A stretch of DNA of 64,000 nt from an uncultured Trueperaceae bacterium (GTDB lineage: Bacteria > Deinococcota > Deinococci > Deinococcales > Trueperaceae): positions 928,001-992,000 of the forward strand of contig CAWFFU010000003.1 in the NCBI GenBank assembly GCA_963815215.1, written 5' to 3'. The notes beneath the pieces are model-generated. The model saw only the letters and a program-made list of their open reading frames with translations. It was not told the origin of the DNA and did no database searches. This document shows, one piece after another, positions 1 to 10,329 of this stretch. The translations under genes were made by a program, and so were the position numbers. Every line of letters starts with the position of its first letter. Positions within the stretch are counted from its first letter, which is position 1.

Positions 1-2
1 TG

Positions 3-863
3 CTGGTGGGCCATACCGGCGGCAAGGTCGCCATCATCGAGCGCACGCCGTCCGGCCCCGCCGACACCGTGAAGAACGGGGCCTTCCCCGGAGGCGACGG
101 AGCCACCATGGCGGTGAGGGCAGCCATCGACGGGCCGGCGGCGGTCAAGCTGCTCGAAGACGGCACGGTGCAGGCAGCCTTCATCCCCGTGGCGGAGGCC
201 CCCACCGGCGCACCCGTGCTGTGGCGGGCACGCTTCCTGTCCACCAGCCTGATGCAGCCGGCGCTGGCGTTGATCGTCTTCGGCGTCGGCATCCTGCTCC
301 TCACCTTCGGCGCGGCCCAGAGCGGCCGCCACCCGCTGAACATCTTCGCCGAGCTCTACATCGATGCTCTGCGCGGCATCCCGATGCTTGTGATCATCCT
401 CTACGTCGGCTTCCCGCTCCAAGGAGCCATCCGCGACGCCACAGGCGGCCTCATCAACATGTCCCGCCTCACACGTGGGGTCGTCGCCATCGCACTGGGG
501 TACGCCGCCTACCTGGCCGAGATCTTCCGAGCCGGGATCGAGGCCATCCCGCACGGCCAGACGGAGGCCGCCCGTAGCCTCGGCCTTACCGGCTGGCAGA
601 CGGCGCGCTACGTGGTCCTGCCGCAGGCGCTTCGCATCGTGGTGCCGCCGCTCGGCAACGAGTTCATCGCCATGCTCAAGGACACCTCGCTCCTGTCGGT
701 GCTCTCGGTGCGTGACATCACTCAGCGGGCGCGCGAGTTCCAGGCGGCCACGTTCCAGGTGTTCCCGCCGTACAACACCGTCGCCCTGCTCTACATCGGG
801 CTGACGCTGGCGGCCTCCAGTCTCGTGAAGTGGCTCGAGCGCAAGACCAGCTGGACCCGCTGA
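3..863 (+). CDS. Polar amino acid ABC transporter permease (HisM/GlnP family), 5' end outside the window
   Basis: RGIPMLV motif, EAA loop GQTEAARSLGL, NEFIAMLKDTSL; frame is open to the left edge. Confidence 0.9.
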   Translation: MVGHTGGKVAIIERTPSGPADTVKNGAFPGGDGATMAVRAAIDGPAAVKLLEDGTVQAAFIPVAEAPTGAPVLWRARFLSTSLMQPALALIVFGVGILLLTFGAAQSGRHPLNIFAELYIDALRGIPMLVIILYVGFPLQGAIRDATGGLINMSRLTRGVVAIALGYAAYLAEIFRAGIEAIPHGQTEAARSLGLTGWQTARYVVLPQALRIVVPPLGNEFIAMLKDTSLLSVLSVRDITQRAREFQAATFQVFPPYNTVALLYIGLTLAASSLVKWLERKTSWTR

Positions 864-912
864 CGGCGTCGCCCGCCCCGCCGCCACGGATGACCCCGGT
901 ATGCTGAACGGC

Positions 913-2052
913 ATGCACGATGGCGCGTCGGGCGGCACTTCGGACGATCGGCTGGACGGCCCCGTCGCCACGGTCGACCTGCAGGCGCTCGAACACAACC
1001 TCGGACGCATCCGGCGGCGTCTCAGCGGTGGCACACGCGTGCTGGCCGCCGTCAAGGCCGACGGCTACGGGCACGGTGCGGTCACGGTGGCACGCCGCCT
1101 CGCAGAGCGCGGTGTGCGCTGGTTCGGCGTCGCCACGCCCGAGGAGGCGTTCGCTCTGCGCGCCGCCGGCGTGAGCGGCGACATCCTGCTGTTCGGGCCC
1201 GCCTACCGAGCCGACACCCTGCGGCGTCTGGCCGACGAAGCCGTGGCGGTCACGCTCGCCGACGGGGCCGGCCTGGAGGCGGCGCAGGCGGCGGGGACCG
1301 CGCGGCCGTTGCGCCTGCATCTCAAGGTCGACACCGGCATGGGTCGGTTGGGCGCGCCATGGCAGGACGCGGCCGCGCTCGCGCGCCGTGTCGAGCGCTC
1401 GCCCGGGCTCGAGCTGGAAGCGGTATGGACGCACTTCGCGCGCTCCGACGAGTCCGACCGGGCCCCCACCCTGGCACAGCTCGAACGCTTCGAGCGTGTG
1501 CTCGACGCGCTGCGGGCCGATGGCATCACGCCCCCGCTGCGTCACGCTGCCAACTCGGCTGCCGTGTTCGGGTTCCCGGAGGCCCACTACGACCTGGTTC
1601 GGCCCGGCATCGCGCTCTACGGTTACCACTCGGCCGACGCCGTGCAGGCGCTCGAGGCCGGGTTGCGCCCCGTCATGCGGCTGCAGGCCCCGGTGACCTT
1701 CTTCAAGCGTGTGCCGGCCGGCACCGCGGTGTCCTACGGCGGCACCTGGGTCGCGCCGCACGAGACCAACATCGCGACGGTGCGCATCGGCTACGCCGAC
1801 GGCCTCCCGCGGCTGCTGTCGAACCGGGGCTCCGCCTCGCTGCGAGAACGCTCGCTGCCGATCGTGGGACGCGTGTGCATGGACCAGCTGCTGCTGGACG
1901 TCGGCGACCTGGAGGTGACGCCCGGGGAGGTCGTCACCCTGTGGGGCCCGCCCGGGCCCGACGCACAGAGCGTCGCCCGCCTGGCCGACACCATCTCCTA
2001 CGAGCTGCTCACCGGCGTGTCGCCCCGCGTGCCCCGCCGCTACCGCGGCTGA
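913..2052 (+). CDS. alr: Alanine racemase
   Basis: AAVKADGYGHG (PLP lysine), HLKVDTGMGRLG, GRVCMDQ, TISYELL. Start set at ATG 913, 7 nt after TATGCT; ATG 901 is the alternative. Confidence 0.95.
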   Translation: MHDGASGGTSDDRLDGPVATVDLQALEHNLGRIRRRLSGGTRVLAAVKADGYGHGAVTVARRLAERGVRWFGVATPEEAFALRAAGVSGDILLFGPAYRADTLRRLADEAVAVTLADGAGLEAAQAAGTARPLRLHLKVDTGMGRLGAPWQDAAALARRVERSPGLELEAVWTHFARSDESDRAPTLAQLERFERVLDALRADGITPPLRHAANSAAVFGFPEAHYDLVRPGIALYGYHSADAVQALEAGLRPVMRLQAPVTFFKRVPAGTAVSYGGTWVAPHETNIATVRIGYADGLPRLLSNRGSASLRERSLPIVGRVCMDQLLLDVGDLEVTPGEVVTLWGPPGPDAQSVARLADTISYELLTGVSPRVPRRYRG

Positions 2053-2095
2053 CCGGCCCGAGGGCCGACCGACCCGGGCCGGCGAAGGGGCGCGG

Positions 2096-3523
2096 CTAGG
2101 CCTCGGCCTCGTTCATCGCCTCCGCGGCCTCGCTCGCTCCCTCGCGCGAGGCCAGCACCGTGATGACGCGGCGCTCGTCGGCTTGCTCCACGATGAAGCG
2201 GACCCCCTGATGCTGGAGTGACTCCCCCACGTGCGGGATGTGCCCTAGCTCGTCGATCATGTAGCCGGCCAGGGTGTCGTACTCGCCATCGTCCTGGAAG
2301 GCGAGGCGGAGGTCCTCGGCAACGTTCTCCAGGTGCGCCGAGCCCTGGATGCGGTAGTGCCCGTCCTCGAGCAGGACGATGTCCTCTTCCTCCTCCTCGT
2401 CGGTCTCGTCGTAGATCTCCCCCGTGATCTCCTCGATGATGTCCTCCAGCGTGACGATGCCGGCGGTCCCCCCGAACTCGTCGACGACGATCGCCATATG
2501 GTTCTTGCGGATCCGCATGTCGCGCAGCAGGTTGAGGATGGAGAGGGTCTCGGGCACGTACTGCGGCGCCGTCATGAGGTCGGCCACGTGCGTGCGCTCG
2601 AGCTCGTCGGGGCGCGCCAGGTAGGGCAGGAGATCGCGGGCGTAGACGAAACCGCGAACGTAATCGATGGACTCGCCGTACACGGGCAAGCGACTGTAGC
2701 CGTGCTCGGTGGTGAGCCGCAGCAGCTCGATCATGCTGGCGTCCTCGTGGATCGCCACCACGTCCACGCGCGGCGTCATCACCTCGCGCACCACCGTCTC
2801 CTCGAGGTCGATGATCCCCTTGATCATCTCCTCCTCCTGCGCCTCGATGACGCCGGACTCCTCGGCGCTGCGCAGCATCAGCCGCAACTCGTTCTCCGTC
2901 AGCAGGGGGTTGCCCGACGGCTCGAGCCGGAACAACCGCAGCACCGTACCGGTGATCCAGGCGAACGCCAGGCCGATCGGGTAGAGCACGATCGACATCA
3001 CGTAGACCGGCCGGATGACCGCCCGCGAGAACCCCACGGTGTGGTGCACGGCGATCGACTTGGGGGTGATCTCACCGAAGATCAACACCAGCAGCGTGGT
3101 GATACCGGTGGCGTACCCCACGGCCAGCGACTCCCCGAATCCGTAGGTCTGGGACGTCTGGATGGCGATCTGCGTGATCAGCGAAGCAGCAGCGATATTG
3201 ACGAGGTTGTTGCCGATGAGGAGGGTGGTGATGAACCGGGTGGGCTGCCGCTCGAGCAGGGCGAAGGCGCCGGTGGGGTCCTTGCCGTCCTCGCGCAGCT
3301 GCCGGATCTTCCACTCTCCCAGGGCGGTCAGCGCGGTCTCGGAGCCGGACATCAGCCCCGAGAGCAGCAACAGCACCGCCAGCACAGCGATCTGCGGCAG
3401 GGTCACGCCGCCGCCGTGCGCGTTCGGTGTCTGTGCGATGACAACACTGAGGAGAGGGAGGGCGACGACCAAGAAGACGAGACGGAGAAAACGGGTAGAT
3501 CGGTCCGCTGGCTTGTCTTCCAT
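2096..3523 (-). CDS. Hemolysin/CNNM family Mg2+/Co2+ transport-associated protein (DUF21-CBS-CBS-CorC/HlyC)
   Basis: SGSETAL, LIFGEITPK, VMTPRVDV, VVDEFGGTAGIVTLEDIIEEITGEI. Confidence 0.92.
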   Translation of the reverse strand: MEDKPADRSTRFLRLVFLVVALPLLSVVIAQTPNAHGGGVTLPQIAVLAVLLLLSGLMSGSETALTALGEWKIRQLREDGKDPTGAFALLERQPTRFITTLLIGNNLVNIAAASLITQIAIQTSQTYGFGESLAVGYATGITTLLVLIFGEITPKSIAVHHTVGFSRAVIRPVYVMSIVLYPIGLAFAWITGTVLRLFRLEPSGNPLLTENELRLMLRSAEESGVIEAQEEEMIKGIIDLEETVVREVMTPRVDVVAIHEDASMIELLRLTTEHGYSRLPVYGESIDYVRGFVYARDLLPYLARPDELERTHVADLMTAPQYVPETLSILNLLRDMRIRKNHMAIVVDEFGGTAGIVTLEDIIEEITGEIYDETDEEEEEDIVLLEDGHYRIQGSAHLENVAEDLRLAFQDDGEYDTLAGYMIDELGHIPHVGESLQHQGVRFIVEQADERRVITVLASREGASEAAEAMNEAEA

Positions 3524-3644
3524 CAGCTAGAGGGATTGTAGCATAGCCCTTCCGCCCCCTCGGAAACGCCGTTCCAACTGCGTCGAGCCGGCGACCGCCG
3601 GCGTCGGCCCCCGGTATACTCGGGGCCTATGGGGTTGCGGGGCC

Positions 3645-4247
3645 ATGGCCACCATCGTCGTTGAAGGTCCGATCGGGGTCGGCAAGACCAGCCTCAGCCG
3701 CTACCTGGCCTCGGAGCTGGGTGCGCGCATGGTGCTCGAGGTCGTCGAGGAGAACCCCTTCCTGGCGGGGTTCTACGGCGAACCCGAACGCTTCGCCTTC
3801 CAGACGCAGGTGTTCTTCCTGCTGTCGCGTTTCCGGCAGCAGATGGCGCTCGCCCAGGACGTGCTCTTCCACCCCCACACGGTCGCCGACTACCTGTTCG
3901 ACAAGGACTTCCTGTTCGCTTCGCTCAACCTCTCCGGTTCCGAGTGGGAGCTCTATCGCGAGCTCTTCGAGCAGCTCAAGCCGCGTCTGCCCCGCCCCGA
4001 TCTCGTGGTGTACTTGCGCGCGGAACCCGAGCTGCTGCTGGCGCGCATCGCCAAGCGCGGGCGCAGCTTCGAGCACGCCATCGACCCGGACTACCTGGCG
4101 CGCATCGGTGAGGCCTACGACGAGCTCTTCAGGCACGCGCCCTACCCGGTGCACGTGGTGGAGGCAGGCGACGTCGACTACGTGGCCAGCGAGGCCGACC
4201 GTCGGGCCCTCCTCGGCCACCTGATCACCCTGGCGCGGGCGGCCTGA
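3645..4247 (+). CDS. Deoxynucleoside kinase, first paralog
   Basis: P-loop EGPIGVGKT, EVVEENPFL, lid RIAKRGRSFE. Confidence 0.92.
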   Translation: MATIVVEGPIGVGKTSLSRYLASELGARMVLEVVEENPFLAGFYGEPERFAFQTQVFFLLSRFRQQMALAQDVLFHPHTVADYLFDKDFLFASLNLSGSEWELYRELFEQLKPRLPRPDLVVYLRAEPELLLARIAKRGRSFEHAIDPDYLARIGEAYDELFRHAPYPVHVVEAGDVDYVASEADRRALLGHLITLARAA

Positions 4248-4256
4248 GGAGCGAGC

Positions 4257-4880
4257 ATGTACGTGGCGGTGGCAGGCAACATCGGTGCAGGCAAGTCGAG
4301 CCTGACGCGCATCCTGTCGGAGCGCTACCGGCTCGAGCCGGTGTACGAGGCGGTCGACGAGAACCCCTACCTCGAGGACTTCTACCGCGACATGCGGCGC
4401 TACGCCTTCCACTCGCAGATGTTCTTCCTGGCGACCCGCCTGAGGCAGCACCTCGGACAGGTGAACCCGGGGCGCCGCGTCATCCAGGACCGGACCGTCT
4501 ACGAGGACGCGGCCGTGTTCGCACGCCAGCTCCATCGTCAGGGCGTCCTCGACGACCGCGACCACCGCAGCTACCGAACCATGTACGAGGCGATCCAAGC
4601 CGCGCTGCGGCCCCCGGACCTGCTGCTGTACCTGCGGGCCGATCTGCCCACCCTGCGCCGTCACATCGCGCAGCGCGGCCGGGGGTACGAGGCCACCATC
4701 GAGGACGCCTACCTGCAGGGGCTCAACGAGCTGTACGAGGCGTGGATCGACGCCTACGAGCTGTCGCCGGTCGCGGTGATACCGGTCGATGAGCTCGACT
4801 TCGTCCACGATGCCGGCGACCGGGAGCGCCTGCTCGAGCGGGTCGAGCGCGCCGGCCTGATCGCGCCGATGGTGGGCTAG
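4257..4880 (+). CDS. Deoxynucleoside kinase, second paralog
   Basis: P-loop AGNIGAGKS, DRTVYED, IAQRGRGYE. Confidence 0.92.
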   Translation: MYVAVAGNIGAGKSSLTRILSERYRLEPVYEAVDENPYLEDFYRDMRRYAFHSQMFFLATRLRQHLGQVNPGRRVIQDRTVYEDAAVFARQLHRQGVLDDRDHRSYRTMYEAIQAALRPPDLLLYLRADLPTLRRHIAQRGRGYEATIEDAYLQGLNELYEAWIDAYELSPVAVIPVDELDFVHDAGDRERLLERVERAGLIAPMVG

Positions 4881-4882
4881 CC

Positions 4883-6358
4883 GTGCGTCTCGATGTCCTA
4901 CTGCGCGACGCGCTCGGCTCGAGCGCGACCCACGGCGGCGCACGCGAGGTTCGGGCCATCGTGCAACGGCACGACCGCGTCACTCCCGGGGCGCTGTTCG
5001 TCGCGCGCCGCGGCGCGCGCTTCGACGCCCACGACTACCTGCGCCAGGCGGTGCAGGCGGGCGCGGTGGCGGTGGTGGGTGAGGCGGAGCTGCCCGCTCG
5101 TCTGCCGTGGGGCGGCGTGCCCTATCAGCGCGTGCCGGACGCCCGGGCCGCGCTGGCGCTGCTGGCGGCGACGTTCCACGGGCATCCGGCCGACCACCTG
5201 AGCGTGTTCGGGGTGACCGGGACCGACGGCAAGACGACCACCGCGTGGCTGCTGCACCACCTGCTGCAGGAACGCTTCGCCAGCGCCCTGATCAGCACCG
5301 CGGGGATCCGCCTCGGCGAGGAAGCCCTCGCCCTGGAAGGACACTTCACGACCCCGGAGGCGACCGAGGTCCAGAGCCTGCTGGCGCGCTGCCGCCGGCA
5401 GGGGCTCGGGCATGTGGTGTTGGAGAGCAGCTCGCACGGCTTCTCGTTGCACCGCCTCGACGCCATCGCCTACGCGGTCGGTATCTGGACCAACCTCAGC
5501 CCCGAACACCTCGACCATCACGGCACGCTGGAGGCCTACCGCGAGGCCAAGGCCACGCTCATGCGGCGCTCACGCGTCGGCGTGCTGAACCGAGACGATC
5601 CCGCCTATCGGTACTTCGCGGCTGCCTCGCGTCGAACGGTGAGCTACGGCGAGCACCCGGAGGCCGACCTCCGGCTGGTGGGGCTCAGCGAGGAGCCGGG
5701 CGCGCTGCGGTTGAGCATCGAGGCGGACGGCGAGCGGGCGGAGGCCCGCCTGCCCATGGTGGGCCGCTACAACGCCTGGAACGCGTTGGCTGCGCTCGGC
5801 GCGGCGCGCGAGGTGGGCGTCCCGCTGGCACGGGCAGCGCAGCGCCTGGCCGACTTCAGCGGCGTTCCCGGCCGCATGCAGGTGGTGCAGGACCGCCCCT
5901 TCACGGTGGTGGTGGACTTCGCGCACACCCCGCCAGCGCTGGACAAGGCGCTCGAGGCGGTGCGGCCGCCGGCGCCGGGCCGCGTGCTGCTGGTGGTGGG
6001 TTCGGCTGGCGAACGCGATCCGGGCAAGCGCGGGCCCCTCGGCCGGGCTGCAGCTCGGCGCGCCGACCGGACGTTCTTCACCGAAGAGGACGCCCGCTCC
6101 GAGAGTCCGACGGCCATCCTCGGCGCGATGGTCAAGGGCGCCGAGGGGGAGGGCGCCCGCGCCGGCGTCGACTTCGAGGTCGTACCCGATCGCGCCTCGG
6201 CGATCGCGGCCGCGATCGCCGAGGCGCGATCGGGCGACGTCGTGCTGCTGGCGGGTAAGGGGCACGAGGCCACGCTCGAGCGCGCCGACGAGACGCTCCC
6301 CTGGGATGAGGCGTCGCAGGCCCGACGAGCCCTCCGCGAGACCTCCGGCGAGACCTGA
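4883..6358 (+). CDS. murE: UDP-N-acetylmuramoyl-dipeptide--diamino acid ligase
   Basis: GVTGTDGKTTT, TTPE, ESSSHG, VVVDFAHTP, LLAGKGHE. Confidence 0.92.
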   Translation: MRLDVLLRDALGSSATHGGAREVRAIVQRHDRVTPGALFVARRGARFDAHDYLRQAVQAGAVAVVGEAELPARLPWGGVPYQRVPDARAALALLAATFHGHPADHLSVFGVTGTDGKTTTAWLLHHLLQERFASALISTAGIRLGEEALALEGHFTTPEATEVQSLLARCRRQGLGHVVLESSSHGFSLHRLDAIAYAVGIWTNLSPEHLDHHGTLEAYREAKATLMRRSRVGVLNRDDPAYRYFAAASRRTVSYGEHPEADLRLVGLSEEPGALRLSIEADGERAEARLPMVGRYNAWNALAALGAAREVGVPLARAAQRLADFSGVPGRMQVVQDRPFTVVVDFAHTPPALDKALEAVRPPAPGRVLLVVGSAGERDPGKRGPLGRAAARRADRTFFTEEDARSESPTAILGAMVKGAEGEGARAGVDFEVVPDRASAIAAAIAEARSGDVVLLAGKGHEATLERADETLPWDEASQARRALRETSGET

Positions 6359-6399
6359 GGCCCGCTCCAGACGGCGCCCGACACGTGTAGCATGGACCC

Positions 6400-7695
6400 A
6401 TGACAGCCAACATCGTCCTCCCGGTGGACGTCATCCTTCGCAAGCGCCAGGGCCTGGAACACGACGCCGCGGAGCTCGAGGCGTTCGTGCAGGGATACCT
6501 CAACGGCGACATCCCCGACTACCAGGTGTCCGCCTGGTTGATGGCGGTCTGCTGGCGCGGCATGAGCGATCGCGAGACTGCCGAGCTGACCCGTGTGCTG
6601 GCGGGCTCGGGCCACGTGCTCGACCTCGGCGGCCTCCCCCACACCGTCGACAAGCACTCCACCGGCGGCGTGGGCGACAAGACCAGCCTGGTGCTGGCGC
6701 CGCTGCTGGCGGCCGCCGGCGCGACCGTGGCCAAGATGAGCGGGCGCGGCCTGGGGCACACCGGCGGCACGGTCGACAAGCTCGAGAGCATCCCCGGTTT
6801 CCGCAGCACCCTCGATCAGGAGGCGTTCCTGGCGCAGGCCCGCGCGGTGGGCATCGTGGTGGCCGGCCAGTCGCAGGGGCTGGCGCCCGCCGACGGGCTC
6901 CTCTACGCGCTGCGCGACGCCACCGGCACGGTGGCGTCGCTGCCGCTCATCGCCAGCAGCATCATGAGCAAGAAGCTGGCCGGCGGCGCGGGCTCGATCG
7001 TCCTCGACGTCAAGGTCGGCAGTGGCGCCTTCCTCAAGACGCCGGCGGAGGCGCGGGCGCTGGCCGCGACGATGATCGCCATCGGACGGCACGCCGGACG
7101 CACCATGCGCGCGGTGCTGAGCAGCATGGCCCAGCCGCTGGGACGCACCGTGGGCAACGCCCTCGAGGTGGCCGAAGCGGTGGCGTGCCTGAGGGGTGAG
7201 GGGCCGCCTGACCTGCGCGAGCTGTGCCTGGTGCTCGCCGGCGAGTTGCTCGACGCGACCGGGCTGCCCACTCCCCGCACGCAGCTCGAGACGCTCCTCG
7301 ACGACGGCCGCGCTTACGAACGCTTCGAGCGCTGGATCGCCGCGCAGGGGGGCCGGGTGGAGGCGCTGGACGGGCTCGACCTCGCTCCTGGACGGGAACT
7401 CGTGCGCGCCGAGCGCACGGGCGCGCTGGCGGAACTCGACGCCCTCGCCGTCGGTCGCGCCGCCGGGGTCCTCGGTGCCGGCAGGACGCGCAAGGGCGAG
7501 CGCGTGGACGCCGGCGTAGGGGTCGTGCTCCACGCCAAGATCGGCGATCCCGTGGACGCCGGCGAGCCGGTCGCTACCCTCTATCACCGGGACGGCAAGG
7601 GGCTGGAAGCCGCCGTCGCGCTGCTCCGGCAGGCCGCGCGCGTCGCCGACGCGGCGCCCGCCGCGCCCCTGATCCTGGAGACAGGCCTGCGCTGA
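6400..7695 (+). CDS. pdp: Pyrimidine-nucleoside (thymidine) phosphorylase
   Basis: [44 protein letters not shown]. Confidence 0.95.
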   Translation: MTANIVLPVDVILRKRQGLEHDAAELEAFVQGYLNGDIPDYQVSAWLMAVCWRGMSDRETAELTRVLAGSGHVLDLGGLPHTVDKHSTGGVGDKTSLVLAPLLAAAGATVAKMSGRGLGHTGGTVDKLESIPGFRSTLDQEAFLAQARAVGIVVAGQSQGLAPADGLLYALRDATGTVASLPLIASSIMSKKLAGGAGSIVLDVKVGSGAFLKTPAEARALAATMIAIGRHAGRTMRAVLSSMAQPLGRTVGNALEVAEAVACLRGEGPPDLRELCLVLAGELLDATGLPTPRTQLETLLDDGRAYERFERWIAAQGGRVEALDGLDLAPGRELVRAERTGALAELDALAVGRAAGVLGAGRTRKGERVDAGVGVVLHAKIGDPVDAGEPVATLYHRDGKGLEAAVALLRQAARVADAAPAAPLILETGLR

Positions 7696-7745
7696 GCCCG
7701 CGCGTCCCGGGGGCCACGCTTGGGGGCCGAACCGTAGACTGGGCC

Positions 7746-8555
7746 ATGTTCACCCGTGAGCAGCTCGACCGCTATGCCCGCCACATCATCCTGCCGGGCG
7801 TGGGCGCGGCCGGTCAGCGGCGTCTGCTCGACGCCCGCGTGCTGGTCGTGGGGGCGGGGGGGCTGGGCTCCCCCATCCTGCTCTACCTGGCCGCGGCCGG
7901 CGTCGGGCATATCGATCTCGTCGATGACGAGTCCGTCGAGGCGAGCAACCTCCAGCGCCAGGTGGTGCACGGCCTGTCGGCGCTGGGGCGCTCCAAGGCG
8001 GCCTCGGCCGCGGAGCGCCTGGCCGACCTCAACCCCGACGTCGAGGTGGTCCAGCACGCCGAGCGGCTCACGCGCGACAACGCCCGCGAGCGCGTGCGCG
8101 CCGTCGACCTGGTCCTGGACGGCAGCGACAACTTCCCGACGCGCTACCTCGTCAACGACGCCTGCGTGCTCGAGCGCACCCCGCTGATCTACGGCGCGCT
8201 GTCACCGTTCGAGGGGCAGGTGAGCGTCTTCGCGGCCGACAACGGGACGGAACGCGGACCGTGCTACCGCTGCCTGTTCCCGCAGCCGCCGGAGCCCGGC
8301 ACCGTGCCGAGTTGCTCCGAGGCCGGCGTGTTCGGCGTCCTCCCCGGCGTCGTAGGCAGCCTGATGGCGGGCGAAGCGCTGAAGCTGATCGTCGGCTTCG
8401 GGAGGCCACTGGTCGGCACGCTGCTGCACGTCGACGCCTTGGGCGCCGAGTTCCGGCGCTTCACGCTGGCCCGCGACCCAGCCTGCCCGGTGTGCGGCGA
8501 GACGCCCAGCGTCACCGAGCTGGTCGACTACGACGCCTTCTGCGGGCTCACCTGA
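7746..8555 (+). CDS. moeB: MoeB/ThiF family adenylyltransferase, no rhodanese domain
   Basis: RYARHIIL, VVGAGGLG, SNLQRQ, CYRC...CPVC zinc site; ATG 7746 follows TAGACT. Confidence 0.88.
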   Translation: MFTREQLDRYARHIILPGVGAAGQRRLLDARVLVVGAGGLGSPILLYLAAAGVGHIDLVDDESVEASNLQRQVVHGLSALGRSKAASAAERLADLNPDVEVVQHAERLTRDNARERVRAVDLVLDGSDNFPTRYLVNDACVLERTPLIYGALSPFEGQVSVFAADNGTERGPCYRCLFPQPPEPGTVPSCSEAGVFGVLPGVVGSLMAGEALKLIVGFGRPLVGTLLHVDALGAEFRRFTLARDPACPVCGETPSVTELVDYDAFCGLT

Positions 8556-8591
8556 GCGCACCCCGGCGCGCTCGCCGCCCCCGTCCGCAGC

Positions 8592-8621
8592 TTGACAGCT
8601 GCAAGCGGCAGGGGCTACACT
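8592..8621 (+). promoter_or_regulatory. Sigma70-type promoter of tRNA-fMet
   Basis: TTGACA-N18-TACACT just upstream of the tRNA. Confidence 0.8.
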
Positions 8622-8635
8622 TCTCTTTGCTGCGC

Positions 8636-8712
<77 letters not shown>

Positions 8713-8721
8713 AGCTGGTCG

Positions 8722-8748
8722 GAGGGGCCCTGCGGGGCCCCTCTTTCC
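8722..8748 (+). terminator. Hairpin/intrinsic terminator after the tRNA
   Basis: GAGGGGCCC-TGCG-GGGCCCCTC followed by TTT. Confidence 0.65.
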
Positions 8749-8785
8749 ACATGCAGCCAAACCCCAAAAGGAGAGGACGGGCACC

Positions 8786-9793
8786 GTGACGGACCTGAAC
8801 TCTGATCACCTCGACGAAGGACTCCAAGACATCGAACCCGAGCGTCCGACCGCCGAAGCCGGCGAGGGCGAGAACGGGGGCGAGGATCAACCCACACACT
8901 CCGGCTTCGTGGCCATCCTCGGCAAGCCGAACGTGGGCAAGTCGACGCTGCTGAACACCTTGCTGGGGGTGAAGGTCGCCCCCATCACGCCCAAGCCCCA
9001 GACGACGCGCCGCGGCGTGCGCGGCATCTACACGTTCGAAGGCCGGCAGCTCGTGTTCGTCGACACGCCGGGGCTGCACCACAAGGGCCACTCGGCGCTC
9101 GACGACTTCATGCGCCGCGAGATCCGCGACGCCGTGGCCGACGTGGACGTCGTCCTGTGGGTCGCCGACCTGCGCCATCCGCCCACCCCCGAGGACCGCG
9201 CGGTCGCCCGCATGCTCCGCAGCCTGACCCCCGGCACCCGGGTGATCCTGGTCGGCAACAAGCTCGACGCGGCGCGGTACCCGGACGAAGCGCTGGGGCT
9301 GTACAAGGAGCTCTTCCCGGGCGCCGAACGCGTGCTGGCGATCTCCGCCCTGAACGATCCCAAGGCCGTGTACGCTTTGCGCGACGACCTGATGGAGGCG
9401 CTCCCGCCCGCCCCCTTCTACTTCCCGCCGAACATCCGCAGCGATCAGACGCGCGAGCAGTGGGTGGCCGAGCTCATCCGCGAGAGCGCCATGCTGCACT
9501 TGCGTCAGGAGCTGCCCTACGCCGTCGCCGTCCTCGTCGTCGACTGGCGCGACCCCGAGCCGGGCGTCGACGAGCCCGCCGTCATCACCGCCGAGATCTG
9601 GGTGGAGAAGGTCGGACACCGCCGCATCGTGATCGGCAAGGCCGGCGCCATGATCCGGGAGATCGGACGCACCGCCCGCAAGCAGCTCGAGATCTTCATG
9701 GACGAGCACATCTTCCTCGAGCTCGACGTCGTGGTCCGGCCGGCCTGGCGCGAGGATCGCGAGGCCCTGCGCGAGCTCGGCTACGAGCTCTAG
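8786..9793 (+). CDS. era: GTPase Era
   Basis: [25 protein letters not shown] domain [13 protein letters not shown]. Confidence 0.96.
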   Translation: MTDLNSDHLDEGLQDIEPERPTAEAGEGENGGEDQPTHSGFVAILGKPNVGKSTLLNTLLGVKVAPITPKPQTTRRGVRGIYTFEGRQLVFVDTPGLHHKGHSALDDFMRREIRDAVADVDVVLWVADLRHPPTPEDRAVARMLRSLTPGTRVILVGNKLDAARYPDEALGLYKELFPGAERVLAISALNDPKAVYALRDDLMEALPPAPFYFPPNIRSDQTREQWVAELIRESAMLHLRQELPYAVAVLVVDWRDPEPGVDEPAVITAEIWVEKVGHRRIVIGKAGAMIREIGRTARKQLEIFMDEHIFLELDVVVRPAWREDREALRELGYEL

Positions 9794-9814
9794 CGCTCCG
9801 GGGATCGCGTCGAC

Positions 9815-10165
9815 GTGGCCATCGCCGCCCGCTGGCGCCGTCTCGACAGGCTGCCCGCGCCGAGGGGCCGGGACGCCATGCCCGGCGTGTACGAGCTCGC
9901 CGACCCACAGCGCCGCACCATCTACGTGGGGCAATCCGCCCGCGACGTCCCCAATCGCCTGCGGCAGCACCTGGCCGCAGGCGGCTGTGTGGCGGCCCAG
10001 GCGGCGTTCTGGCGCTACCGGTACAGCCGGGTGCCGCAGGCCGAAGAGGCGGCCCTCCTGGCCGACTTCCAGCGGCGACACGGCCGCCTTCCGAAGTGCA
10101 ACCGGCAGACACCGCTCGAGCGCGATGCGCAACGCCGGATTCGCGAGCGGTTCTCGAGCGATTGA
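9815..10165 (+). CDS. Small standalone GIY-YIG domain protein
   Basis: PGVYEL...IYVGQS...NRLRQH...AEE...PKCN follows GIY-YIG motif order. Confidence 0.7.
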   Translation: MAIAARWRRLDRLPAPRGRDAMPGVYELADPQRRTIYVGQSARDVPNRLRQHLAAGGCVAAQAAFWRYRYSRVPQAEEAALLADFQRRHGRLPKCNRQTPLERDAQRRIRERFSSD

Positions 10166-10211
10166 GCAGGGTCGTTCCGGCTGCTCAGAGGTCTTGACGA
10201 CTGCCCGAAAA

Positions 10212-10275
10212 TGCGATAGGCATCGCAAGCGTGTGAACTTGCCTACTTGTGAGGCAACGGCCGTTGTGCTATAAA
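10212..10275 (+). promoter_or_regulatory. CRP-like site plus promoter of the outer-membrane protein gene
   Basis: TGCGA-N6-TCGCA at 10212-10227; TTGTGA-N17-TATAAA with an extended TG. Confidence 0.55.
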
Positions 10276-10329
10276 CGGCGCAGGCGAGGAGACCGTCCTG
10301 ATCTTCTCAATCTCGTTTGGAGGGTTTGC

